Below, in pieces: positions 9,643-18,975 of a DNA stretch of 54,249 nt. How positions within the stretch are numbered: the first letter of the stretch is position 1; each line of letters opens with the position of its first letter. A program made the position numbers and the translations under genes. Location of the stretch: contig JAPLOJ010000222.1 in assembly GCA_026400795.1 (NCBI GenBank), positions 1-54,249 on the forward strand, read 5' to 3'. Origin of the DNA: Alphaproteobacteria bacterium. GTDB lineage: Bacteria > Pseudomonadota > Alphaproteobacteria > Acetobacterales > Acetobacteraceae. The notes under the pieces are model-generated. The model was not told the origin of the DNA. It saw nothing but the letters and a program-made list of their open reading frames with translations, and did not search any database.

Positions 9643-11037
9643 CTACAGCGCTGGGCGCAGATCCTTCCATGGTGCGGCGCGTTCATAAGCGGCCGCGGCG
9701 CGGTAGATTGCCGCCTCCCCAAAGCTTGGGCCCACCAATTGCAAGGAAAGTGGCAGGCCTTCCACCTTGGAAATACCGCACATCATGGTCATGGCCGGAT
9801 GGCCGGTGACATTGAAGGGCGTGCGCGCCTGGCGCGGGTAAGTAAGCTCCACCGCTTCCGGATCATCAATCTTGCAGGCGGCATCCATGGAAGATGCGGT
9901 CAGCAGCAGATCAACTTCCGCGAATGCGGCTTCAACGGCGGCGACCAATTCGCGGCGACGGCGCTGCGCCTGCACGTAATCCTCAGCGCGCATGAAAAGC
10001 CCCGGCAGCAGGCGGCGTAGCGTGATATTGGCGTAATCGCCCGGCCTTTCGCGCAGCCATTTGCCATGAATGGCAGCCGCTTCAGACATCAGAATGGCGC
10101 GATTGACGCCAGCAAATTCGGTCAGTGACGGCAGGGTAATGGTCTTGATCTTGGCCCCCTCCTTCGCCAGCAGTTTGGCAGCGGCATCAAGCGCGGCGGC
10201 CATTTCGGCCGAGGCCGGCTGATCCTTCTCATGGAAATGCCGCACATAGCCGATGGTGAGACCCTTCAGCCCCTTCTTCATCTGCCGCGCGTAGTTTTCG
10301 GGCTTATGCGCAGCACTACCAGGATCAGCGGCGTCATGCCCGGCCATCATCCCAAGCAGCAGCGCATTATCGGCGACCGTGCGCGTCATGGGCCCCACGT
10401 GATCAAGCGTGAAGGCCAGCGGGAAGACACCCCGGCGAGACACCAGCCCATAAGTCGCCTTCATGCCGACAATGCCGCAATGGCTGGCCGGGTGGCGCAC
10501 GGAACCGCCGGTATCGGTGCCAAGCGCGGCAGGCAGGATGCTGGAACCCACAGCCGCGCCCGAACCGGAAGATGACCCGCCCGGATGATGCGCCGTATTC
10601 CAGGGGTTGCGCGCAGGCGGGAAGGGCAGGTCAAAGGCTGGGCCGCCAATCGCGAATTCATGTGTGGCGAGCTTGGCCGGGAAAATCGCCCCTGCCGCAC
10701 GCAGCTTGGCGACCACCGCTGCATCGGCGCTTTTCTGGTTATCCAGCAGGATGCGCGAATGGCAGGTGGTGGGATGCCCGGCGATGTCTATGATGTCCTT
10801 AAGCCCCACGGGCAGCCCATCCAGCGCTGAACGCGGGCCGCTGCGGGCAATGCGTCGTCCGGCCTTTATCGCCTCCGCGCGCGCTTCATCCCAAAGCGGG
10901 CGCACAATGGCATTGACCTTGCCACCCACATCCTCAGCGCGTTGGTGCAGCGCATCGAGGTATTCCACGGGGGAGAAGCGGCGCCGCGCAATGCCGGCAG
11001 AGGCTTCGGTCAGCGAAAGCTCATGCAAGGCCTTCAT
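9643..11037 (-). CDS. Amidase-signature family enzyme
   Basis: GLKDIID, GGSSSGS and LGTDTGGSVRHPAS (Ser-cisSer-Lys triad). Confidence 0.92.
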   Translation of the reverse strand: MKALHELSLTEASAGIARRRFSPVEYLDALHQRAEDVGGKVNAIVRPLWDEARAEAIKAGRRIARSGPRSALDGLPVGLKDIIDIAGHPTTCHSRILLDNQKSADAAVVAKLRAAGAIFPAKLATHEFAIGGPAFDLPFPPARNPWNTAHHPGGSSSGSGAAVGSSILPAALGTDTGGSVRHPASHCGIVGMKATYGLVSRRGVFPLAFTLDHVGPMTRTVADNALLLGMMAGHDAADPGSAAHKPENYARQMKKGLKGLTIGYVRHFHEKDQPASAEMAAALDAAAKLLAKEGAKIKTITLPSLTEFAGVNRAILMSEAAAIHGKWLRERPGDYANITLRRLLPGLFMRAEDYVQAQRRRRELVAAVEAAFAEVDLLLTASSMDAACKIDDPEAVELTYPRQARTPFNVTGHPAMTMMCGISKVEGLPLSLQLVGPSFGEAAIYRAAAAYERAAPWKDLRPAL

Positions 11038-11225
11038 GCGCGTGACCCCTTGGCGGGAATTGGCGCGGCATAGGCTGGCATGGGTTCGGCGGTTTCATTG
11101 GCAACGCGCGTGAAGGCGCCCGCCATGCGGCGGGATGCGGCAATGGCTTCTGCCACTTCCTTTGGATGGGTTTTGAGCCCGGTAGTGATACCCGCCGCGC
11201 GGGCCAGGATTTCTTCTTCGGTCAT
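11034..11225 (-). CDS. Small protein coupled to the amidase (AtzG/GatC-like partner candidate)
   Basis: 63 aa, MTEEEILARAAG...ETAEPMPAYAAP; ATGA overlap with the amidase start. Confidence 0.6.
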   Translation of the reverse strand: MTEEEILARAAGITTGLKTHPKEVAEAIAASRRMAGAFTRVANETAEPMPAYAAPIPAKGSRA

Positions 11226-11307
11226 CGAAATAGTCGCCCCCATGCTGATTGGCGCAGCCTGCCCCAAAAGCCGCGGTTCTGGAACCCTGCCGCCGCCACC
11301 CTTTGGC

Positions 11308-11706
11308 TTATAGCTTTCCCTGTTCCTTCAATACCTCTTCCGCGACGCGTAACGCATCAATCGCGGCCGGGAAGCCGCAATAGGCAACGGCATGGGTGAA
11401 AATCTCCGAAATCTCTTCTGCCGTGCAGCCATTATTCAGCGCTGCCACCAGATGGATACGAAGCTCATGCGGGCGATTGAGCGCGCAGATCATGGCAAGC
11501 GTGATCAGGCTGCGTTCGCGCCGATCAAGCCCCGGCCTTTGCCATAGCGTGGCATAGGCGAATTCCTCAGACAGCCGACGCACTGCGGCATTGAAGGGAT
11601 TGGTGCCGGCATCGCGCTTTTCCATATAGGCGCGGCCGAGCACTTCATGCATCACCGCACGGCCTTCGGCGCGCAGCGCGTCATGGGCTTCTTGTTGGTC
11701 CATCAT
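11308..11706 (-). CDS. Carboxymuconolactone decarboxylase family protein
   Basis: WQRPGLDRRERSLIT, ELRIHLVAALNNG and YCGFPA motifs; GAAAGGA RBS before ATG 11706. Confidence 0.9.
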   Translation of the reverse strand: MMDQQEAHDALRAEGRAVMHEVLGRAYMEKRDAGTNPFNAAVRRLSEEFAYATLWQRPGLDRRERSLITLAMICALNRPHELRIHLVAALNNGCTAEEISEIFTHAVAYCGFPAAIDALRVAEEVLKEQGKL

Positions 11707-11731
11707 CTTGTCCTTTCGGGGCGTATTGTAT

Positions 11732-12502
11732 TCAGGTGGAAGGTGAGGCCAGGGAGAACGTTGTCGTGTCCTGCAAATCCTTGCCGAACCAGGAACGGAT
11801 GCCAGCGCTATGGCTGGAAAGCGGGCGCGGGACACCATTTTCCACCATCACCGGCACATCATGCCCCGGGATCAGCACGCAGCCCGGATGGGTGCGGCAA
11901 ATCTCCCACACCATTTCGATGGTCGCGCGGCTCACCGCCGGGTCATAGGTCATGTCGGTGGTGCGTGTGGTAAGTTCCACGCGGTTCTTCACCGCATCCT
12001 GCAACAGCACCACGGCCTGCGGCGCGCCTTCAATCAGGAACAGCAAATGCCCAGGCGTGTGGCCAGGCGAAAGATGCGCCGTGATGCCGGGCAGCACTTC
12101 CTGCCCATCATCCATCAATTGCATGGTCGGCCAGCGACTAAGCGCTTCCACCGCATGTTCCGGCACGGCGGTTTCGCCCCAACCAACTCCAAGCGCCCAG
12201 GCCAATTCCTTCCGCCCCACATGAATGCGCGCATCGCGGAACATGGGCCAATTCACCACATGATCATGGTGCAAATGGCTGACCAGCAGATCGGTCACAT
12301 CCGATAGCTTCACGCCCTGCTTGGCGAGTGCTTCGACCAAGGGTTTGCGCATGCCATAGCCGCCGCCATCCAGCACCACGATGCGACCATGGCCGCGCAG
12401 CAGCGCAACGGTGCTCCAGCCCAAGCCACCATGCTGCGTGGATTTGCCAGGATAACCCTGGATCAGAACATCAATCCGCCAATCGCCGCTGGTAAATTGC
12501 AT
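11732..12502 (-). CDS. MBL-fold metallohydrolase (lactonase-like)
   Basis: SHLHHDH, PGHTPGH, QDA and IPGHD metal-binding motifs. Confidence 0.88.
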   Translation of the reverse strand: MQFTSGDWRIDVLIQGYPGKSTQHGGLGWSTVALLRGHGRIVVLDGGGYGMRKPLVEALAKQGVKLSDVTDLLVSHLHHDHVVNWPMFRDARIHVGRKELAWALGVGWGETAVPEHAVEALSRWPTMQLMDDGQEVLPGITAHLSPGHTPGHLLFLIEGAPQAVVLLQDAVKNRVELTTRTTDMTYDPAVSRATIEMVWEICRTHPGCVLIPGHDVPVMVENGVPRPLSSHSAGIRSWFGKDLQDTTTFSLASPST

Positions 12503-12563
12503 GGCGCCTTCCCTTTCGAATGCTTCAGACCAGCATCGCCAAAGAAGCCAGCTTGGTCCAGCC

Positions 12564-13901
12564 CTAGCCCGGCACCCTGATCCGCGCGCGCAGCCCGCCT
12601 AAGGGGCTGTCTTCCAAAAAGACATCGCCGCCATGGGCGCGCGCAATGTCACGGGCAATCGCAAGCCCAAGCCCGGTGCCGCCACCCGACAGGCTAGTGA
12701 AGGGCTTGAAGGCGTCTTCCCGCGCCGCTTCTGGAATCCCCGGACCATCATCATCAATGCTGATATCAGCCCAAATGCCATTCTGGCCGCGTGGCTGCTG
12801 CGTTAGTGTCACCGTCACCCGCTTGGCGTGCTTGCGGGCATTATGAAGCAGATTGGCAAAGCAGCGCCGCATAGCGCCGGCACGAAGTTCCATCAGCAGC
12901 GGTTCCGGGCCTTCAAAAGGTATTGCTTCGCCACCGCGCGCCTGTTGCGTGACAACGCCCCGAAGCAAAGCAGAAAGGTCGGTTTCTTCCGGCTGTTCCA
13001 GCCCTTCACCGCGTGCAAAGGCCAAGTAAACGCCGATCAGGCGATCCATTTCCTCCACATCTTCGGTCATCGCTGCGGCATCTTCGCGCGCGGCTTCTGG
13101 CAGCATGGCGAGCCCAAGCCGAAGCCGCGTGAGTGGCGTGCGCAAATCATGGCTGATGCCGGCCAGCATTTCCGTCCGGCTATCCACGAAGCGGCGAATG
13201 CGTTCTTCCATGCGGTTGAAGGCAGTGGCGGCTTGGCGCACCTCGGCCGCACCTTCCGGTTTCATCGGCCCCACGGTGCGGCCCATGCCGAAAGCCTCAG
13301 CGGCGGCCGAAATTTTGCGCAGCGCTCGTACCTGATTGCGCATGAAAAGTGCCGCCACCAGGAATAGCAACAGCGAAGACCCGACCAGCCAGATGACGAA
13401 AAGATAGATCGTTCCGCTGAATAGCCGCTTGCGCGCCACTTCAACATGCAGAACGCCATCATTCATTTGCACGCGAATGATCACACTGCGCGGGTCGCTC
13501 TGCCAATCCGCATCGAAGGGCAGGCGCACGCGTTCCTGCATGGCTGTCGCCAAATCTTCTTCCAAGGGCAGCAACGGCATGGAAGGCGGGCGCATGCCCG
13601 TCTGCGTCAGGCGTGCGCCGGCTTCATAGGCCAGCGACAAATCAAGCCGCCAGGCAGCTTCGCGAAAAATCCAGGTGCGATCCTGCTCCACCGTTTCGCG
13701 TTCCAGCAGGCCAACCACCATCGCGACATCGCCTGCCACACCAGCGGCCAAGCGGCGCGAAATCACATCCAAATGGCTGCCATAGAAAAGCTGCAAGGCA
13801 ATCGCCTGCAATACCACCAGCGGCACCAGAATGATCAGCAGAGCACGGCCCAAAAGCCCACGCGGCACCAGCCGGCGCAAGCTCAGGTCCAGCCGTGTCA
13901 C
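12564..13901 (-). CDS. EnvZ-like sensor histidine kinase
   Basis: Two TM helices, HAMP domain, ISHDLRTPL H-box, DDDGPG and GTGLGL. Confidence 0.93.
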   Translation of the reverse strand: MTRLDLSLRRLVPRGLLGRALLIILVPLVVLQAIALQLFYGSHLDVISRRLAAGVAGDVAMVVGLLERETVEQDRTWIFREAAWRLDLSLAYEAGARLTQTGMRPPSMPLLPLEEDLATAMQERVRLPFDADWQSDPRSVIIRVQMNDGVLHVEVARKRLFSGTIYLFVIWLVGSSLLLFLVAALFMRNQVRALRKISAAAEAFGMGRTVGPMKPEGAAEVRQAATAFNRMEERIRRFVDSRTEMLAGISHDLRTPLTRLRLGLAMLPEAAREDAAAMTEDVEEMDRLIGVYLAFARGEGLEQPEETDLSALLRGVVTQQARGGEAIPFEGPEPLLMELRAGAMRRCFANLLHNARKHAKRVTVTLTQQPRGQNGIWADISIDDDGPGIPEAAREDAFKPFTSLSGGGTGLGLAIARDIARAHGGDVFLEDSPLGGLRARIRVPG

Positions 13902-14605
13902 GCACCCGGCCTTAAAACATAGCCGCGATGGCGAATGGTCTGAATGAAGCGCGGCTCGCGCGGGTCGGGCTCCACCTTGCGGCGCAGCCTGGTCACCTGC
14001 ACATCAATCGCGCGTTCACCGGCATCCGGTGTGCCGAGAGCCTCGCCAATATCCTCTCGGCTCAGGATTTCACCCGGACGGCGCGCAAGGGCTTGCAGCA
14101 GCGCAGCCTCGCCGCCCGTCAGGCGAATAATGCCATCCGGGCCGCGCAATTCAGCGCGTTCAATATCAAACCAGCGATTGCCGATCTGCATCGGCACCAA
14201 GCTGTGCGATACGGCAGGCGCGGGCGCGGCGCGGCGCAGAATGGTGCGAATGCGCAGCGCCAATTCACGCGGGTCAAAAGGCTTGGCCAGATAATCATCC
14301 ACGCCCTGTTCAAGCCCCGCGATGCGATCATCTGGCGCGCCGCGCGCGGTCAGCATCAGGATCGGCACTTCCTGCCCTTCGGTACGGAGCGCAGCGGTCA
14401 ATTCAAGCCCCGTCTCACCGGGCATCATCACATCCAGCACCAAAAGATCGAAGGCCATATCCGCGAGCGCCGCGCGCGCCGCTACGGCATGCTCCGCCGT
14501 AGTGACGCGAAAGCCCTGCTCGGTCAGAAAGCGCTGCAATAGCGCGCGCAGTCGGGCATCATCATCCACCACCAGAATATGCGCGGGATCTTCCTGGCCG
14601 CTCAT
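13898..14605 (-). CDS. OmpR family response regulator
   Basis: VVDDD, LDVMMPGETG, KPFDPREL and C-terminal winged helix (IDVQVTRLRRK). Confidence 0.94.
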   Translation of the reverse strand: MSGQEDPAHILVVDDDARLRALLQRFLTEQGFRVTTAEHAVAARAALADMAFDLLVLDVMMPGETGLELTAALRTEGQEVPILMLTARGAPDDRIAGLEQGVDDYLAKPFDPRELALRIRTILRRAAPAPAVSHSLVPMQIGNRWFDIERAELRGPDGIIRLTGGEAALLQALARRPGEILSREDIGEALGTPDAGERAIDVQVTRLRRKVEPDPREPRFIQTIRHRGYVLRPGA

Positions 14606-15123
14606 CGTCTGTTGCCCTCTGGCTCTGGCCCTTCCAGCCGCGCGAGGCTCGCTTGCGCATCTTCGCCCATCAGCCCTCGCATGACGCGGCGAAAGCCCTC
14701 CACTGCGGCGGGGCCCGCTTCGCGATAGGCGCGCATCACAGTCTCTCGCTGGCGTTCAAAAAGGCGGCGTTCCAGCGCCATACCCTTTTCGGTGAGCGTC
14801 AAGCGTCTTTGCCGCCGGTCGCTTTCGCCCGGCGCCTGCACCACATAGCCATCGCTCATCAGCGGTTGCAGCACGCGCCCCAGGCTTTGCTTGGTGATGC
14901 CAAGAATGCCAAGCAATTCGCCAACCGTGATCCCCGGGCGGCGTCCCACAAAATGCAGCACGCGATGATGCGCCCGCCCCATATCGAGCGTAGCCAGGAT
15001 TTCATCCGCGCCGGCGGTGAAATCGCGGTAGCCGAAAAACAGCAAATCCTGAGCAAGGCGGAGTTCTTCTTCCCGCAGGAACAGCAGATTGCGCCCAGCC
15101 GGCAGGGCGCGCGCCTCGGCCAT
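14602..15123 (-). CDS. MarR family transcriptional regulator
   Basis: LFFGYRDFT...GRAHHRVLHFV...LGITKQSL...DRRQRRLTLT; start trimmed to ATG 15123; coupled to the response regulator. Confidence 0.9.
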   Translation of the reverse strand: MAEARALPAGRNLLFLREEELRLAQDLLFFGYRDFTAGADEILATLDMGRAHHRVLHFVGRRPGITVGELLGILGITKQSLGRVLQPLMSDGYVVQAPGESDRRQRRLTLTEKGMALERRLFERQRETVMRAYREAGPAAVEGFRRVMRGLMGEDAQASLARLEGPEPEGNRR

Positions 15124-15235
15124 TTCAGCAATATTGGTGCTGCCCCGTGTCGGCATTTCCCGCATCCCCATTTGGACAGCAGTATTGACGCATTCGCCGC
15201 CCCTGTCCAATGCGAAACGCGCGAAACCCCGCGCT

Positions 15236-15264
15236 TTGCAAGGCTGCAACCGCGTCTCTATATG
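15236..15264 (+). promoter_or_regulatory. Sigma70-type promoter of the Bug gene
   Basis: TTGCAA-N17-TATATG, followed by a GGAG RBS and ATG 15295. Confidence 0.6.
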
Positions 15265-15294
15265 GCCTCTGATATCTTCGCCGGAGAAACAACC

Positions 15295-16266
15295 ATGATC
15301 ACGCGCCGCCCCCTGCTGGCCGCCGCCTTGCTCGCGACCCCTTCCATCGCCCGCGCCCAGGGCGAATGGCCCGCGCGCCCGGTGCGCGTGATTGTGCCCT
15401 GGCCGCCGGGCGGGTCCACCGATGTGCTGGTGCGGATTTATTGCGAATTGATGCAGCCAATCCTGGGGCAGAATTTCATCATCGAAAACCGCCCTGGCGC
15501 AGGCGGGAATATCGGCATTGATGCCACCGCCAAGGCAGCGCCGGATGGCTACACCATGGGCATCGCGTCCGTCGGGCATTTGGTGATCAACAACTTCCTT
15601 TATGCCCGCCTGCCCTATAACCCGGCGCGGGATTTAGTGCCGGTTGGGATCGCCTGGGATTTGCCCAATGTTGTCGTGGTCTCCTCGCAGCATAATCCAT
15701 CGCGCAGCCTTGCGGATTTCACTGCCTGGGTGCGCGCCAAGCGGGGTGGCTTCACCTATGGATCGCCCGGCGTTGGCACCACGGGGCATTTGACCGGCGC
15801 GCTTTTCGCTGGGCGCGTCAATGTGGAAGGCACCCATGTGCCCTTCCGCGGCGCGGCGCAGATCATCCCCGCCATGCTGTCGGGTGATCTTGATTCGGCT
15901 TTGGATAACCTCGCTTCCTATGTGCCGGTCATTCAGGAAGGGCGCATGCGGGCATTGGCTGTGACCTCTGCTACGCGCTGGCCGACCATGCCGGATGTGC
16001 CCACAATGGCCGAGGCCGGCTTGGCCGATTTCGTCGTTTCCTCCTGGCAGGGTTTTGTCTTCCCGGCCGGCACACCGCGGGTTGCGATTGAACGCGTCGG
16101 CGCGGCACTTCGGCGCATTGTGGCCGACCCCGCCGTGAAGGAACGCTTCCTGCGCGTGGGGGCCGAGGCCGTGTGGTCCACCCCGGAAGACATGATCGCC
16201 CGCGCCCAGCGTGAACGGCCCATGTGGCAGGAAGCGGTACGGATTTCGGGTGCGCGGCTGGAATAG
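15295..16266 (+). CDS. Bug/TctC tripartite tricarboxylate transporter substrate-binding protein
   Basis: MITRRPLLAAALL Tat-like signal, WPARPVRVIVPWPPGGSTD and ENRPGAGGNIG. Confidence 0.93.
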   Translation: MITRRPLLAAALLATPSIARAQGEWPARPVRVIVPWPPGGSTDVLVRIYCELMQPILGQNFIIENRPGAGGNIGIDATAKAAPDGYTMGIASVGHLVINNFLYARLPYNPARDLVPVGIAWDLPNVVVVSSQHNPSRSLADFTAWVRAKRGGFTYGSPGVGTTGHLTGALFAGRVNVEGTHVPFRGAAQIIPAMLSGDLDSALDNLASYVPVIQEGRMRALAVTSATRWPTMPDVPTMAEAGLADFVVSSWQGFVFPAGTPRVAIERVGAALRRIVADPAVKERFLRVGAEAVWSTPEDMIARAQRERPMWQEAVRISGARLE

Positions 16267-16272
16267 CGGCGC

Positions 16273-16917
16273 GTGACGCCCAACGCCGCCTGGGGCAATG
16301 CGCTTTTCATTGACCACGCCATCCTGCGCCTGGGTTGGCGGAATTGGGGCGTGGTGGCGCCAGGGCGGCTTTACCGGTCCAACCACCCGCTGCCCTGGCA
16401 ATTGCGCCAGGCGGTGCGGCGCCATGGCATCCGCACCATCATCAATCTGCGCGGCAACCGCGCCGATTGCGGCGCGGATGCACTCAGCCGGGCCGAAGCC
16501 GCGCGGCTTGGCCTCACGCATATAGACGCACCTTTCGAAAGCCGCGGCGCACCGCATAAGGACCGCATCTTGAGGCTTGCCGGGATTTTCCAGGATATGA
16601 AGGAACCGGCGCTCATCCATTGCAAATCGGGGGCTGATCGCACCGGGCTTGCAGCTGGCATCTGGCTTTTGCTGCAAGGGCGCCCGGCGCAGGAAGCGCT
16701 GGCCCAGCTTTCACTGCGCCATGGTCATATAGCGGCATCACGCACTGGGATTCTGGACGCTTTCTTCAAAAGCTTCGCCGCCTTCCAGCGCGTCAATCCC
16801 GAAACCCCCTTCCTGGATTGGTTGCGCGACACCTATTCCGAGGCCAAGTTGCGGGAGAGTTTTTCCAGCAACCCCTGGGCAGACCGCCTGGTGGATCAGG
16901 TACTGCGACGGGAGTGA
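16273..16917 (+). CDS. Protein tyrosine/dual-specificity phosphatase family protein
   Basis: HCKSGADRTG (CX5R) P-loop, LYRSNHP and IINLRG. Confidence 0.88.
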   Translation: MTPNAAWGNALFIDHAILRLGWRNWGVVAPGRLYRSNHPLPWQLRQAVRRHGIRTIINLRGNRADCGADALSRAEAARLGLTHIDAPFESRGAPHKDRILRLAGIFQDMKEPALIHCKSGADRTGLAAGIWLLLQGRPAQEALAQLSLRHGHIAASRTGILDAFFKSFAAFQRVNPETPFLDWLRDTYSEAKLRESFSSNPWADRLVDQVLRRE

Positions 16918-16969
16918 TCCGGCTGGCTGCCTTGATTTTGCCCAGCTTTGCATCGCAGCAATTCAATTA

Positions 16970-16982
16970 AATCAGATAGTTA
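16970..16982. promoter_or_regulatory. Putative IHF site in the AT-rich lpxC upstream region
   Basis: AATCAGATAGTTA matches WATCARNNNNTTR. Confidence 0.4.
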
Positions 16983-17102
16983 TAGTGAAACATGCAGAAA
17001 CAAGGCTTGAATCGCTTTTGCCGGATCATCATGGGAAAGTAACACTGGGTTGATCAGGGAAGCGTCTCCCGCGCGACTTTCAGCCCAGAATCGAAGGGTG
17101 TG

Positions 17103-18032
17103 ATGGACGGTTTTCTTCCTGCGGAACATGGTCGGCGCAAGACCCTCAAGGCCTCGATTGGCTGTGTGGGTGATGGGCTGCATTCTGGCCGTCGGATCTC
17201 CCTCACGCTGCATCCCGGCGCCGCCGGTGCCGGTATTCAGTTCCGCCGCACCGATCTTGGCGTGGATATCCCAGCCCGCTTCGATTTCGTGACCGATACG
17301 CGGCTTTGCACCACCGTGACGGCGCCCACCGCGCCGACAGCGCGCATCGGCACGATTGAACACATCATGGCGGCCCTTGCGGGTGCGGGCATTGATGATG
17401 CCATCATTGAAGTGGATGGGCCGGAAATTCCCATCCTGGATGGCTCCGCCGCGCCCTTCCTGTTCCTGATTGATTGCGCCGGTATCGCAACCAGCGCCGC
17501 CCCGCGCCAGATGATCGAAGTGCTGCGCCCGGTTCGCGTGGAAGATGCTCAAGGCGCCTTCGCCGAATTGCGCCCGAATGCCGAACTGGCCTTCGATGCC
17601 ATGGTGGAAATTGACTACCCCAATACGGCCATCGGCTATCAGTCGCTGAATTTCCGCCTCACGGCCGAAGCCTTCCGGGCCAATGTGGCGGATTCCCGCA
17701 CTTTTGGCCTTAAGGAAGATGTCGCGCGCCTGCATGAAGCCGGCCTTGCCCTTGGTGGCAGCCTGGACAATGCCGTGGTGGTGGATGGCATGACCATTCT
17801 GAACCCCGGCGGGCTGCGCCATGCGGATGAATTCATCCGCCACAAGATGCTGGATATGGTGGGCGACCTTGCCCTGGCTGGCGCACCACTCCGCGCCCGC
17901 TTCATCGGCAGCCGGTCCGGCCATGCGCTGAACAACCAAGTGTTGCGCGCGCTTTTCGCCGATCCCAGCGCTTGGCGCTGGGTGGGCAGCGCTGCCACCC
18001 CGGCCAAGCAAAAGGCCCCTGCTTTCGCCTGA
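17103..18032 (+). CDS. lpxC: UDP-3-O-acyl-N-acetylglucosamine deacetylase
   Basis: GLHSG, TIEHIMAAL, EIPILDGSA, HKMLDMVGDL and SGHALN. Confidence 0.96.
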   Translation: MDGFLPAEHGRRKTLKASIGCVGDGLHSGRRISLTLHPGAAGAGIQFRRTDLGVDIPARFDFVTDTRLCTTVTAPTAPTARIGTIEHIMAALAGAGIDDAIIEVDGPEIPILDGSAAPFLFLIDCAGIATSAAPRQMIEVLRPVRVEDAQGAFAELRPNAELAFDAMVEIDYPNTAIGYQSLNFRLTAEAFRANVADSRTFGLKEDVARLHEAGLALGGSLDNAVVVDGMTILNPGGLRHADEFIRHKMLDMVGDLALAGAPLRARFIGSRSGHALNNQVLRALFADPSAWRWVGSAATPAKQKAPAFA

Positions 18033-18114
18033 ATGTGCATCTTTGGCTACAGGTGATTTCACCCGAGGCCATTCTGCCCTATATCAAAGCTGTCTTTCTG
18101 TTGAACCGGGATTC

Positions 18115-18957
18115 ATGCGCCGCTTCCTGCCGATAGCTCTGCTTCTGACCCTCGCCGCTTGTGGTAGTTCAAGCTCAACGAACACCACCGGTGCGGACCC
18201 GTCGCTCACCCGACGCGTGACCGCCAATGCGGCGGATGAGGAACCGCAGCAGCTCTATGCCCTTGGCATGCAGAATCTGCGCGCGCGCAGCTATGCCCGC
18301 GCGGTCGAGTATTTTGATTCGATCGAGCGTGAGCACCCCTATTCCACCTGGTCCACCAGCGCCAAACTGATGGCGGCCTATACGGAATATCTGCGCAATC
18401 GCTACACGGAAGCGATCGGCGCTTTGGATCGCTTCATTCAGCTGCACCCATCCCATCGCGACATTGCCTATGCCTATTACCTGCGCGCGCTTTGCCAATA
18501 TGAACAAATCACCGATGCGCAGCGCGACCAGCGCCAGACCACCATCGCGATGGCGTCCTTGCAGGAAGTCATCAACCGCTTCCCCGATAGCGCCTATGCG
18601 CGTGATGCGCGGCTAAAGATTGACCTTGGCCGAGACCACCTGGCCGGCAAGGAAATGACCGTTGGCCGCTTCTATCAGCGCCAGGGTCTGCATCAGGCCG
18701 CCATTGGCCGCTATCGCCGCGTGGTGGAGGATTTCCAGACCACGAACCACGTCCCCGAAGCTTTGCATCGGCTGGTAGAAATCTACCTGAACCTTGGCCT
18801 GACCGAAGAAGCGCGCCGCAACGCGGCCGTGCTTGGCTATAACTACCCCGGCAGCGATTGGTATGCCGATAGCTACGCGCTGTTGGTGGCCGCCGGTGCC
18901 GAAGCCCGTGGTGAGCGTTCCGGCTTTGTCAGCCGGATGCTGAACAAGATTTTCTGA
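18115..18957 (+). CDS. bamD: Outer membrane protein assembly factor BamD
   Basis: Lipobox LAAC, TPR motifs (HPYS, RFPDSAYARDA, HVPEALHRL); lpxC-bamD-recN synteny. Confidence 0.94.
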   Translation: MRRFLPIALLLTLAACGSSSSTNTTGADPSLTRRVTANAADEEPQQLYALGMQNLRARSYARAVEYFDSIEREHPYSTWSTSAKLMAAYTEYLRNRYTEAIGALDRFIQLHPSHRDIAYAYYLRALCQYEQITDAQRDQRQTTIAMASLQEVINRFPDSAYARDARLKIDLGRDHLAGKEMTVGRFYQRQGLHQAAIGRYRRVVEDFQTTNHVPEALHRLVEIYLNLGLTEEARRNAAVLGYNYPGSDWYADSYALLVAAGAEARGERSGFVSRMLNKIF

Positions 18958-18975
18958 GCACGGGGCGGCGCGCCG

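Noticed and set aside
9643-11037. gatA assignment
   Set aside because: Has HEFAIGG rather than DEFAMGS, and no gatB is adjacent.
14653-15294. N-terminal extension making the Bug ORF 537 aa
   Set aside because: It is antisense to marR; promoter, RBS and signal peptide place the start at 15295.
16960-16990. Possible dif or att site
   Set aside because: No XerC/XerD 11-6-11 arrangement, the region is near the origin, and no integrase or second copy is present.
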